Notes: generated by a model from the sequence alone, not told the origin. Shown: positions 12,696 through 24,828, counted from the first letter of the stretch. The stretch is 64,000 bases of DNA from Mobula hypostoma (GCF_963921235.1 NC_086109.1:20524001-20588000); one strand, 5' to 3'. Made by a program: numbers and translations.

Positions 12696-12954
12696 AATGT
12701 TTTTGGAAGTATTGCTTCCTCGGAAATGTTTTTTTATGGTTATGTTAGACCACTTGAAGCTGAACACAAATATAATTTCACACTACTTGTTTCATGTAGG
12801 AATTTGGAAAAACAAGAAAGTAACTTCTATTGAATTTTATGCGTTTAATTGCGGAACGGTGCTGATGCTTTGCAGTAGCTCAACCAAGAGCTGGGAACGT
12901 TCTGTTGATGATTTTTGTTTGTACTCAGTGGCTGAGGTTTCTTGCTCAAGCGTT

Positions 12955-13231
12955 CAACAATGATGATGACAGCTGGTTCTTCGCTTGTGAAGATCAGGAG
13001 GGAAGAAAAGTCCTCAGGAGCAAAGGCACAGTCGTTGGTGACTGTTGAGACCAATTCTGGATCTGCAGACTCTGGAACAGTAGGGATACGGGAACAGCTT
13101 GGATACAGGCGCTTGGGTAGTAGGATCCTTCCTGCGTCTCCTCTTCTCTTCAGTAGTCGCTGTTTTGGATTCCTCAAAATTCATGGCTGCTCCAACAATA
13201 GTCAGCCACCATTGATGGATTCCAGTTGCCA
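12955..13231 (-). mobile_element. RTE-clade LINE 3' end
   Basis: EEKRRRRK...PYPYCSRVCRSRIGLNSHQRLC C-terminal motif; (CAT)n-like tail near 12960. Confidence 0.75.
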
Positions 13232-13423
13232 TGACCACAATGTCCCAACGAAACCTTTCACCGTGACCATAATATCCCGGTGAGACCTTTCACCGTGACC
13301 ATAATGTCCCAGCGAAACCTTTCACCCTGACCATAATGTCCCAGTGAAACCTTTCACTGTGACCACAGTGTCCCAGCGAGACCTTTCACCGTGACCACAA
13401 TGTCCCGGCAAGACCTTTCACCA
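13232..13423. repeat. Minisatellite, 6 x 32 bp
   Basis: Unit tgaccayaatgtcccrgygaracctttcaccg at exact 32-bp period. Confidence 0.95.
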
Positions 13424-13529
13424 CGCTCGTCACTGACAACATTGGGATTTGCAGGGAAGAAGTCTAAATCGACAAACAGAAAGTGAATTTTTAATAACAC
13501 GTTGCACTTCATGGTTTTGTATGCTTGAA

Positions 13530-13730
13530 GCATGTAAGGAGTTTATACGTTCTGCCTGTGACTGCATGGGCTTCCTGGTTTCCTCCCGCAGTCCAAATCC
13601 AGACTGGTTAGTAAGTCAATTGGTCATTGTAAACTGTCCTGTGATTAGATTAAATCGGGGGTTACTGGGCGGCGCGGCTCAGTGGGCTGGAAGGGCCTGT
13701 TCTGCACTGTATCTCTAAATAAAAATAAAA
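13530..13730 (+). mobile_element. HE1/V-SINE-like SINE fragment
   Basis: ggagtttatacgttctgcctgtgactgcatggg...ggtttcctcccgcagtccaaa; LINE-derived tail gaagggcctgttctgcactgtatctct. Confidence 0.75.
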
Positions 13731-13782
13731 TAACTTTAAGGTAAGTGGAGAAAAGTATAAATGTAATGTCAGAGATAGGTAC

Positions 13783-16460
13783 AAAGTTCAAAGTAAACTT
13801 ATTATCGAAGTACATATACAGCCCTGAGATTTATTTTCATGTGGGCATACTCAACAAATCCGTAATAGAATAATGACCATCATAGAATCAATGAAAGACT
13901 GCACCGTCTTGGGCATTCAACCAGTGTGCAGAAGATGACAAACTATGAAAATACAAAAAAATAAATAATAATAATAAATAAATAAGAAATGAATATTGAG
14001 AACATGAAAGGAAGAGTCCTTGAAAGTGAGTGTATAGATTGTGGGAACAGTTCAGTGATGGGGCAAGTGAAGTTGAATGAAGTTATTGCCTCTGGTTCAA
14101 CAGCCTGATAGTTGAGGGGTAATAACTGTTCCTGAACCTGGTGGTGTGAGTCCTGAGGCTTCTGGTGATGGATGCTGCTTTCCTATGATAATGCTTCATG
14201 GGGATGTGCTCAATGGTGGGGGGTGGGGGGGGGTTCTTTCTCTGTGATGGACTGGGCCATATCCATTACTTTTTGCAGGATTTTCTGTTCAAGGGCATTG
14301 ATGATTCCATACCAGGCTGTGATGCAGCCAGTCAATCTACTCTCCACAACACCTCTAGAGAAGTGCAGCAAAGTCTTAGATGCCATGCCAAATCCTTGCA
14401 AACTCCTAAGGAAGTCGAGCGCTACCATGCTTTCTTTGTAATTGTATACTGCATGCGGGGGCCATGACAGGTCCTCCGAAGAGATAACACCCATGAATTT
14501 AAAGTTGCTAACCCTCTCTACCTCTGTTTCTCCGATTAGGATTGGCTCATGGACCTCTGGTTTCCTCCCCCGAAGTCAATGATCAGCTCGTTAGTCTTGC
14601 TGACATTGAGTAAGAGTTTGTTGTTGTGGCACCACTCAGATTTTCAAACTCTCTCCTATATGCTAATTCATCACCACCATTGATTCTTCAATCAATTAGC
14701 AAACATGAATACAGAGTTGTGCCTATCCACACTGTTATAAGTGTAAAACGAGTAGAGTGGGGTGCCAAGCTCACAGCCTTGTGGTATATCTGTGCTAATG
14801 AAGATTGTGAAGGAAGTGTTGTTGCCAATCCAATATGAACCGTAAGCAAGTAAGGAAATCAAGGATCCAATGAGGCACAAGAAGGTACTGAGGCCAAGGT
14901 CTTGAAGCTTAGTGATTAGTTTTGAGGGGATGATAGTATTGAATGCCAAGCAATAGTCAATAAAGAGCATCCTGATGTATGCATCTTTACGGTCCAAAGC
15001 AGTGGTCCCCAACCTCCGGGCCACGGACTGATACCGGGCCATGAAGCATGCAGGGGTGCAACGGTAGCCGGGACGCGCAATTAATTGGCTTGTTTATTAC
15101 GGCTTTTTTCTTAAAGATGTGCTGGGTGTGTCCCGGCTACCGCTGCACCCCTGCATGCTCTGCAGCCCAGCATCGGTCCGCAGCCCAGAGGTTGGGGACT
15201 ACTGGTCCAGATGTTCCAAGGTTGGGTGAAGAGCCAATGAAATGGCATCTGCTGTGGACCTGTTGCTCCAGTAGGCAAGTTGGCATTGGAGTGGATCCTA
15301 GTTGCTTCTGAGGCAGGAGTAGAAATGTATCATCACTAACCTGTCAGAACACTTCATCACTGTGGATGTAAGTGCTAATGGATGATAGTCATTGAAGCAG
15401 CCTACCATGTACTTCTTGAGCACCGGTACAAGAGAAGTCTGCTTGAAGCAGGTGGGTACCTCAGAATGCTAAGGAGAGAAGTTAAAGATCTCATTGAACA
15501 CTCCAGCCAGAACACTCCATAGGTCTTTAGTACTTAGCCATATATCCTGTCTGGGCTGGATGCTTCTTGTGGGTTCACCATCCTGAAGGATGCCCACATG
15601 TTGGCCTCAGAGACTGAAATTACAGGATTTTGGGGGTTTGTGATGTTTCTTCCATGTTTTGATGGTTAAACTGAGCATAAAAGGTATTGAGCTCATTTGG
15701 AAATGAAGCCCTGTTGTTGCCTATTATGCTGTTTGATCTTACTTTATAAGCGGTGATAGCATTCAAGCTCTGCCACAACTGTCAAGCATCCTTTGTTGAT
15801 TCAAGTTTAGTCTGGAATTGCCACTTCACCCATGAGATGGTTTTCCGGAGATTATACCTGGACCTCGTGTAACTTTTTTGGTTACCAGACTTTAGTGCCG
15901 CTGACCAGGCCTGTAGCAGATTGCAGATTGCAGATCACATGGTTCAGGCAGGGCTTCTGGTTGGGGAAGACTCTGAATGATTCTGTGGGGACACCCTTGT
16001 CTACAACTGTTTCAATCAAGTCTGTGTCAACTATGGTGTATTCTTTCAAATCCACAGACGAGTCCTTAATCAAGTCACCAACTCAAAGCTGTTCCATAGC
16101 TGCTTTCTGCTTGTCACAACCACTTCCTTGATGTCCTAATCTCTGGAACTTTGCTCTTTAGCCTCTGCCTGTATGCCGGTAGAAGGACAGCCAAGTGATC
16201 AGATCTACTAAAGTGCGGTCTGGGCATGGAACGGTAGGCATTCCTTATTTTAGTATAACAGCAGTCTTTTGTGCTGGGACCTCTGGTGCTACAGGTAATA
16301 TGCTGATGGGAAATGGGCAGGAATTTCTCCACACAAGCCTGGTTGAAGTCCCCAACTATGATTTGAAACGTTTCAGGATGTACTGGTTCTTGTTTAGAAA
16401 CAGCATCATGCAGTATCTCAAGCGCTCGACGATAGTTGTCCGCTGGTGATATGTTAACTG
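13783..16460 (-). mobile_element. Degenerate Rex1-type LINE (APE C-terminus, RT, 3' tail), ~2.5 kb
   Basis: HQHITCSTRG...[52 protein letters not shown]. Confidence 0.88.
15000..15204. mobile_element. hAT-type MITE inserted in the Rex1 copy
   Basis: TIRs cagtggtccccaacct / aggttggggactactg with extended palindromic arms; 8-bp flanks gtccaaag / gtccagat (6/8 match). Confidence 0.85.
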
Positions 16461-16465
16461 CGGTC

Positions 16466-16690
16466 AGATTTTTACACAGAGTGGTGAGTGTGCGGAATGC
16501 CCTGCCAGGGATGGTGGTAGAGGCAGATACATTAGGGGCATTTGAGAGACTTTTAGATCAGCACGTGGATAAAGGAAAAATGAAAAGATATGGGAGGGAA
16601 AGGTTAGATTAATCATGGAGTAGGCTAAAAGATCGGCACAACATCGTGGGTGAAAGAGCCTGCACTGTGCTGTAGTGTTCTATGTTTTGT
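16466..16690 (+). mobile_element. CR1 LINE 3' end
   Basis: tttttacacagagtggtgagtgtgcggaatgccctgccaggg...ctgtgctgtagtgttctatgtt. Confidence 0.8.
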
Positions 16691-19050
16691 GTTCCATATC
16701 TGAATCTCTATCCGGTAATGTTCAATCCCTTCTATAATGAAGTGCCTAACAACTCAGCGTAATTTTGCAGATCCAATCTAAGAATGCACTGATTATGGGC
16801 TCATATTTCCCCTGATATGAACCCCACTTTCCTATTTTCACGAATGACTGGTCTTTATCACTCCAATCACTTTCAAGGCAACAGTGGTAACTGAACAACC
16901 ACATTCTTTCCTTAACCACCATGGAACGCGATGTACGACTTCAAATGCATAACTTCATCCTTTGTTCTTACTTCCAATACCAACATGATTGTGTATAAAA
17001 CTGAGTCAGCCATTTACATATAAACAAGAACAACAGGGGGGAAAAGGTCAAAAAAACTGCAAACCAAAACAAAAATGGAAAATGCTGGAAGTACTCAGCA
17101 GGTCGGGCCATGTCCGTGAGAACTTTTGTCAAGTTCTGACAAAGGGCCTCTAGCCTGAAACATTGACTTTGCTTCTCTTCCTGTAGATGCGGTCAGGCCT
17201 GCAGTGAAGAGATGGAGGCTATCTGGCAACTCAAAAGCCTGCTCCATCATTTAGTTAGTTCATAGTTGGTCAATATCTTAACTCCATCTGCCTATGTTAG
17301 TTCCAGCCCAGTGATGTTAACATTGTGGGAGTGGGTAAGGATGGAAATCATTTCCTGCTCTATATACACACCTGTTGATTACTCTTCTGTTTTATTTTCC
17401 TCAAGGAGTTTGCTCACTCAGCTCTAGCAAAGTGTTTGTTAAACTATTCTGAAATTTCCTATCCACTGAGCTAATTTCAAAATAAAATTTATTGGTGTGA
17501 CCAAACCTGGAATATTGTGTACAGTTCTGGAGGATGTACCATATGATAGGTGCAATTTATCTGTGTAAAAAATGGGAGACGTTGAAAATAATTAGCAGGT
17601 CAGACAGCTTCTGTGAAGAGAGAAAGAGATAATATTTCCAGTCAATATTCAGAATAAGAATTAGGTTTATTATCAATTTTATACGTGATCAAATTTGTTT
17701 TGTGGCACCAGGGCAGCACAATACATAAAATATACTATCAATTTATAAAAAGAAATTCTCATTGCCAATTCAGAAATCTGATTGTGGAGGGGAAAGAACC
17801 TGTTCCTAAAATGTCAAGAGCGTGTCTACAGGCTGCAATACCTCCTCACTGTGGGTAGGGTCCTTAATGGTGGATGCTGTCTTTTTGAGGCATCACCTTT
17901 TGAAGATGTCCTCTGATGGTGGAAGGTTACCTGCTTCTTCCTCTTCAGTTGTTGCCTGACCAGGTGGGACTTTGTTATTTATTTAAGATTTCCAACATTC
18001 TGGTTGGCTTTTGCCTTGTAGATGATTCTTTTCGCGACTGCCTTGCCGTCTTGGAGCACCATCTCATAGCTTGGCTATTCAAGATTGTGATCACTAATCA
18101 CATTTTCCCAAAATGTTAGTGGCAGTCGTGAATTTGTTACTCCTCGGGGTCATTTGGAGCCTCTAATGATGAGGCTATAGATTATTTAGGGAAGAGTTTC
18201 ACTACAAGTGCAGCAATGGCATCACTGGGGAGTTGAGATATTGATCACTTCTTGCCAAGTAGAACAAATAGCCTAAATTGCTGGCTCCAATCTACTGTTC
18301 ATCTGCATTGGTTCCTTGGTCATTATACATTTTATTTGTCTTTCCTGTGCTCTAAATGAGTCCTTATTTTCAGGATACAGTGTTTACCCTTGTCCTCTCA
18401 TCTTTGATGGACTTGCTTTGAACCTCTAGGTTGAGTTTGCTTAGTGCATCATGGTACATGAACCCACTGATTATCATTACTATAGTGCTACTTCTGTAAC
18501 CGTGCTTTACACAGACTAACTGGGCTTTTTTTTCTTATATGTAGCAGAAAAAGGCATAATTGCTTCAGCAAAATATTTAACCCTTATTAAATTAATATTA
18601 AATACATTAAACCCTGGCATAATTTTAAACAACAGCTTCATGACATGGGCATTTATTACTCAGGCAATGTTTTAATAAAACAGATTGTCCTGAAGAAGGG
18701 TCTAGGCCGAAACATTTCTGTAGATTCTGCCTGACCTGCTGAGTTCCTCCAGCATTGTGTATGTGTGTTGGTTTGGATTTCCAGCATCTGCAGACTTTCT
18801 CGTGTTTACTTTCAACTTGTTTCTCATGGTAACTGTCTGGATACAAATTGGCTGCTGCATTTCAGAAAAATTAATATTTCATTGGCAGGGAAATAACTTG
18901 TGTCACATTTGGCCTCAAAGGCACACACAATACATATCCAAGTCCACCTTGTCACCGGGTCACAGACTGATGGAGTGATACAACATGGAAACTTGTCCAT
19001 GCTGACCAAGATGCCTTCCTGAGCCTGCGTTTGTCCATATCCCTCTAAAC

Positions 19051-19120
19051 CAGGGGTGTTCAACCATTTTTCTGCCATGGACCAATACCATTAAGCAAGG
19101 ACCTGGGTTGGGAATCCCTA
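19051..19120. mobile_element. 70-bp hAT MITE inside a minus-strand CR1 tail (~18975-19205)
   Basis: TIRs caggggtgttcaacc / ggttgggaatcccta; perfect 8-bp TSD ctctaaac at 19043-19050 and 19121-19128. Confidence 0.88.
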
Positions 19121-20501
19121 CTCTAAACTTTTCCTATTCATGAACCTGTCCAAATGATTTCTAAACGTTGTAGTTGTACCCATCTCTACCATTGCTTCTG
19201 GCAGCTTTATTTATTTTGCTTATTTGTATATTTCTTACAGTAACCTCTAGTAATTTTATATGTATTGCACTGTACTGCTGCTGCAAAATAAATTTCATTG
19301 CATGGTCAGGTTTATTATAACTGGTATGATTCTGATTCTAATATAAATGACGAACAACAGAGAATGCAGCACAGATCACTGCAGCACACACTGGTCACAG
19401 GCCTCCCTTCTGATTTTAAAAAAAACTCTCCACTACCACCTTTCAACCCCTTCCACCAAGTCAATTTTATGTCCAACTGGCCACCTCACCCTATATCCCA
19501 ATGTAATCACCTTCCAGACAAGTTTACTCTGCAGGAGCTTGTCAAAGGGCCTTGCTAAGATCCATGTGGACAATGTCTTCCACCTTGTCCTTGTCAATAT
19601 GATCACTCTTCCCAAAGTGCTTCCCCCACACCCCACCCCACCCACTGACACGCCAGTTACTTGCCCAGCCTCATTTCCCAATATCAAGTGTTGTCCCCTC
19701 TCTAGTAAGAGCAATAACACATTGCTTGAGAAATCTTTCCTGGACATACCTAACAATCTTATTGGAACTCAGTGTATTTTTTAGGAGCAGTTTTTTAACA
19801 AACTTAGATAGACACTTGATTTTTTAACTCTTCACCCTTGGCTTGTGGTCCGAATAGCAGACATCCCACCTCTCCCGGAAGTTCCGGGAGTCTCCCGCAT
19901 ATCGATAGTGGCTCCCTGTCGCCCGGAAATTATATACAATATCCCGGAAATAGATTTGTTTGAGAGGGAGAGCTAGCATCCTGATTGGTCTCACTTCGTG
20001 CCAAGAGTGGTCCCCAACCACCGGGTCGCGAGGAAACAATATGATTTGACAATGTGAAACAATATGAGTCAGCTGCACCTTTCCTCATTCCATCACGCAC
20101 TGTTGAACTTTAACGCACGCGAGGTCATCAGTGACCCAAGACGTGCAAAGGAATGGGTCCGTGACCCATTTGTGAATGTTCCTGGTGAATCATCCTTGTC
20201 AGCGCGGGAAAAAGATCAACTCCTCGAGCTTGCAAATGATGGCGGGCTGAAAAGTATGTTTGACATAACATCTCTGCTGGCATTCTCGATCAAAGTCAGG
20301 GCTGAATATCCTGAGATAGCCACGAAAGCACGGAAAATGTTGCTTCCATTTCCAACATATTTCTGCGAAGCCGATTGTCGATTGTGTTGTCTCTGATCTG
20401 GGCCGACATTTACATGCCGGGCGGCACTTAATTAATTAGCTTCACACATCAAAGTTGCTGGTGAACGCAACGGGCCAGGCAGCATCTCTAGGAAGAGGTA
20501 C

Positions 20502-20535
20502 AGTCGACGTTTCAGGCCGAGACCCTTCGTCAGGA
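20502..20535 (-). ncRNA. Minimal type I hammerhead ribozyme motif (Penelope type); core intact, stem I truncated
   Basis: Minus strand UC-CUGACGA-AGG gucucgg CCU-GAAA-CG-UC-GACU, with palindromic ACGU stem III. Confidence 0.72.
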
Positions 20536-20665
20536 TATTAAATTATGTACTTATATCATGTTTATTCTATTACAGCTTTAAGCAAGTCTACAGGGAGTTT
20601 GGCCTCACCACGTAGGACATCAATAGTGTAGCTCCTTGGCAGCCAGCCAGCTAGATTAAATCAGG

Positions 20666-20701
20666 GGTCCTGATGAAGGGTCTCGGCCTGAAATGTCAAC
20701 T
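20666..20701 (+). ncRNA. Minimal hammerhead ribozyme motif with CpG-type decay
   Basis: GGUC-CUGAUGA-AGG gucucgg CCU-GAAA-UG-UC-AACU. Confidence 0.62.
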
Positions 20702-21647
20702 GTACCTCTTTCCTAGAGATGCTGCCTGGCCTGCTGCGTTCACCAGCGATTTTGATGTGTGTTGCTTGAATTTCTAGCATCTGCAGAATTCCTGTTGTTT
20801 GCGTAATTAATTAGCTTGTTTATTTCGGGTTTTTCTTAAAATGTGCTGGGTGCATTGCAGCCACCGCTGTACCGCTGCATTCTTCGCGGCCCGGAGGTTT
20901 GGGACCACTGTTATAATTGACTTATCACTACATTCATGCGAGGTAAATATGCACTGTGTGCTTAATATTAAATTTGTTAAATAAACCCCTTTAGAAACAA
21001 AATTGAGTGTAATAGCCACTTACAAGTGACTTATAGTTGACTTTTCACCTATATTCTGGTAGTGTTTAACCCCCCCCGCCCACCCCGTGGTGCAAAAAAG
21101 GTTGGGGACCCCTGATTTAAACTAGCTGGCTAGCTGCCAAGGAGCTATGCTATTGATGTCCTACGTGATGAGGCCAAACTCCCTGTAGACAGCTTAAAGT
21201 TGTAATAGAATAAATATGATATAATATAATATAAGTACATATTTTAATGTCACATTTGCTGCATATACCCAACTTGGTTTACAGATTAGACAAAATCACT
21301 AAACAAAGTATTACATACACCCTTGGAGGTCGACCGGGGGTGGGGGGGATATGGGGTTGCGGGGGGCAGGGGTGCTACCTCCCTGAAATGGGTTTTTGCA
21401 GGGTGGGATGTCTGGAATAGTAGGGATTATGCCATCAGAACTGAGGGAGTGGCAAATTGTTAAAGGTGCATCCTTTGCAGACTAACACCCAGGGCACTAG
21501 CTGAATGAAGAGCAGTGTTTAAATGCAAAGAATATTATTGTTACAGTCATGGTTTTTTAAGGTAGCTAGCTGTCAGATGATTGGTTTTAGCATTTCCCTA
21601 CAGGGGTAACATTTCAAACTTTATTGGTTGTGAGGTGACTTGGAAGG

Positions 21648-22018
21648 CTATATAATTGTAAATTGTCCCATGATTAGGTTAGAGTTAATCGGGGTTGCTG
21701 GGACAACGTGAGTCGAAGGACAAGAAGGGCCTACTGCAGACTGTATCACTAAATCAAGGACCAGAGGGCACAGCCTCTGAATACAAGGACGCCCTTTTAG
21801 ACCAGAGATAAGGAGAAATTTCTTTAGCCAGCGGGTGGTGAATCCCTTGGAATTCATTGCCACAGATGGTTGTGGAGATCAAGATGTTGGATATATTTAA
21901 AGTGGAGGTTTATGGTAAGGGCATCAAAGGCTACGGGGAGAAAGCAGGAGAATGGGTTGAGAGGGATAATAAATTAACCATGATGGAATGGCCTAATTCT
22001 GTCCCTATGTCTTATGGG
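21648..22018 (+). mobile_element. HE1-like SINE tail followed by CR1 3' fragment
   Basis: attgtaaattgtcccatgattagg...gaagggcctactg; then ccagagggcacagcctctgaat...ggcatcaaaggctacggggag. Confidence 0.72.
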
Positions 22019-22529
22019 ATCCCCCTCCCAAAAAAAAATCAAAACCCAAACTGTGGAAGCTGGAAATCTGACATAAGAAACAAAATATGTGTGAGGCAGA
22101 AAGCAGCTCAGGCAGCATCTGAAACAAAGCTAATGTTTCAGGTCTAAGACCACTCACTTTCCTTACCTTAGATGTTGACTGACCTGCTGGGTGTTTTATT
22201 TGGAACTTCCCTTGTCTGTGAAAAATCAGTTCTTTAAATTTAGTACCTCATCTGATTTTGAGATTCTCGCTAAAATCTGCTCCTTTCACCTGACCTCACT
22301 CTTAATCTTCACTTCAGCACAAAAGTATCTGAAGTTTGTGCTGCCCTGAGGCCATGAGAAGTGCTCTTTCAAGGCAACCTTTTCGTATTTATCTCCTGCC
22401 TTTGTGTGGTTATTTATCAATTCATCACCACCTTTGATTCGTCCAACAATAGTCAGCAATCTTAAATATGGCATTGGAGCTAGACTTAGCCACACAAACG
22501 TAGGTATAAAGTGACTAGTACAAGGGGAC

Positions 22530-23590
22530 GAAGCTTACAGCCTTGTGGTGTACCTGTTGCTGATGGTGATTTTGGGGGTGGTGTTCGTGCCAATCTGTAC
22601 TGACTGGGGTCTGCAAGTGAGGAGATCAAGGATGCTGTTGCATGGCGAAGTATCAAGGCCCAGTCTTAGAACTTAGTGAGGAGTTCGAGGGGATGGTAGT
22701 GTTTAATGCTGAGCTGTGGTCAATAAAGCGCATCCTGCTGAGCTCTTGAACCAATGTGGGTAACTACACTCAACACAACTCTGATCTGATTCTACAACCT
22801 CCAGGCTCATTTTTAAGGACTCTTTGCAACTCATGTTCTCAGGATTTATTTTTTATTTGCACAGTTTGTCTTTTGCACATTGTTAGTTTGTCAGTCTTTG
22901 TTAATAGATAGTTTTCATAATTTCTATTATATTTCTTTCATTTTCTTTCAGGCATTTGCAGGAAAATAATCACAAGGTAGTATATGGGTAACATATACTC
23001 AGTGGCCACTTTATTAGATACATCTGTACACCTGTTTGTTAATGCAAATAACTAATCAGCCAATTATGTGGCGATAACTCAATGCATAAAAGCATGCAGA
23101 CATGGTCAAGAGATTTATTTGTTGTTCTGGCCAAATATCAGAATGGGGAAGAGATATAATCTAAGTGACTTTGACCACGAAATGATTGCAGGTGTCAGAC
23201 TGGGTGGTCTGAGAAACTGCTGCTCTCCTGGGATTTTCACACACGACAGTCTTCCAGAGTTTACAGAGAATGGTGCAAAGAAAAAAAAGTCCAGTGAGTG
23301 TCAGTTCTGTGGGTGAAAACACGTTGTTAATGAGAGATCAGAAGAGAATGGCCAGACTGGTTCAAGCTGACAGGAAGGCAACAGTCACTCACTAACCATG
23401 TGTAACAACAGTAGTGTGCGGAAGAGCATCTCTGAATGCACAACATGTTTAACCTTGAAGTGGATGGGCGACAGCAGCAGAAGACCATGAATGTATACTC
23501 ACTGGCTACTTTATTAGCTACAAGAGGTACCTAATAAAGTGGCCAGCAAGTGTACGCTTACTTTGATAATAAACTTTACTTTAAACTTTT
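22530..23590. mobile_element. Rex1-type fragments: RT piece on - (22530-22740) abutting a 3' UTR on + (22740-23590)
   Basis: Minus RMRFIDHSSAFKHYHP-like segment; plus-strand 3' UTR homologous to 2460-2740. Confidence 0.72.
22996..23552 (+). mobile_element. Tc1-derived non-autonomous element (N-terminal HTH region only), copy 1
   Basis: TIR actcagtggccactttattag / ctaataaagtggcc; MGKRYNLSDFDHEMIAGVRLGG; TA flanks. Confidence 0.88.
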
Positions 23591-24317
23591 GGCATTATTA
23601 GGGGCAGGTTATCACCAGCCATTCCATTGAATAAGCTAATTAAAATAAATGAGTGAAACATGGGAGACAAGCTTTGAGTTTAGCAAGCAGATGTCAGGAT
23701 AATGGAGGAGGGGTAGTGTTGTGATATTAAAAATAATGCAGCAGCTCATCTCTGCACTTGACCTAACCTAGTACAGTACTAGCAGTGTCAGTGCATACAC
23801 TGGTGGCATTAACTAAAATAGCTCCTCACATTACTATTCTTGTGCATTTTGAGCTCGTCAAATGACTGACAGTGGTACTAAAAAGGTCCTGTACAATCCT
23901 CTCCCCAAAGTGTTCACCCCTTCCCCAATATCTCCTGCCCACACACCCTCCACAATCTGTACTTTTCCATCACATACATTTCCAATATTTCTAAACATTT
24001 GCTAAACAATGCCAGTTTATATTAGACCATTCTGGTCTTACCAGTTAATTTATCATATTACAGAATTCATCACTAATTGTACTTTTTCATTTAGTGTAAA
24101 ATTTCACTGTTTTGGGAAAGTTTGAATGATTTTGCCAAAGCTGAGACAATAATGCTATTGTTACAATTGCTCACTGTACCTGGGTATCAAGGATGATATC
24201 AATGATAGGATTTCTGCTGTGCCTCTGACCTCAGTTTTGGTCAGACTTGGTCCAGCCCAGTTATAGTTATAGAGCCCTTGCGCTCTATAAACCAGCCTTT
24301 GGTCAAATGCTATCTCC

Positions 24318-24828
24318 GGTACCTAATAAATTGACTACTGCGTGTATATTTGTGGTCATCTGCTGCGATAGCCCATCCACTTAAAGGTTCTACATGTTGT
24401 ACATTCAAAGATGTTCTTCTGCATACCATTGTTGTAATGTGTGATTATTGTCAGCTTGAACCAGTCTGACCATTTATCTCTGGCCTCTCTCATTAACAGG
24501 GCATTTTCATCCATGGAACTACCGCTCTCTAGATTTTTTTTCGTTTTTCTCACCATTCTCTGTGAACTCCAGAGATAGTTGTGGGTGAAAATCCCAGGAG
24601 ATCAGCAGTTTCTGAGATACTCAAACCACCCCAGCTGGCAGCAATGGTCATTCAATGGTCAAAGTCACTGAGATCACATTTCTTCCTAATTCTGATGTTT
24701 GGTCTGAACAACAACTGGACCTCTCAACCACATCTGCATGCTTTTATGCATTGAATTGCTGTCACGATTGATTGGATATTTGCATTAATGAGGTGTCAAG
24801 GTGTACCTAATAAAGAGGCCATTCGGTG
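24318..24828 (-). mobile_element. Tc1-derived non-autonomous element, copy 2
   Basis: Reverse complement homologous to 22996-23552 (QKNIFECTTCRTFKWMGYRSR). Confidence 0.85.

Larger units (their letters stand above)
20443..20803. mobile_element. Composite Penelope-derived insertion: inverted terminal repeats around a captured flank segment
   Basis: 14-bp TSD taattaattagctt at 20429-20442 and 20804-20817; Penelope terminus on - at 20443-20535 and on + at 20667-20803. Confidence 0.88.
20005..21114 (+). mobile_element. hAT Charlie/Buster derivative(s) with transposase C-terminal remnant
   Basis: EWVRDPF...DQLLELANDGGLK...KVRAEYPEIATKARKMLLPFPTYFCEA; hAT ends agtggtccccaac (20006), gggaccactg (20910), gttggggacccctg (21114). 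Confidence 0.8.
19858..21414. mobile_element. Non-autonomous TIR DNA transposon hosting nested insertions
   Basis: Perfect 13-bp TIR cagacatcccacc / ggtgggatgtctg; 6-bp flanking direct repeat gaatag on both sides. Confidence 0.82.

Noticed and set aside
13232..13423. CRISPR-like 32-bp repeats
   Set aside because: The units are contiguous with no spacers, so this is an ordinary minisatellite.
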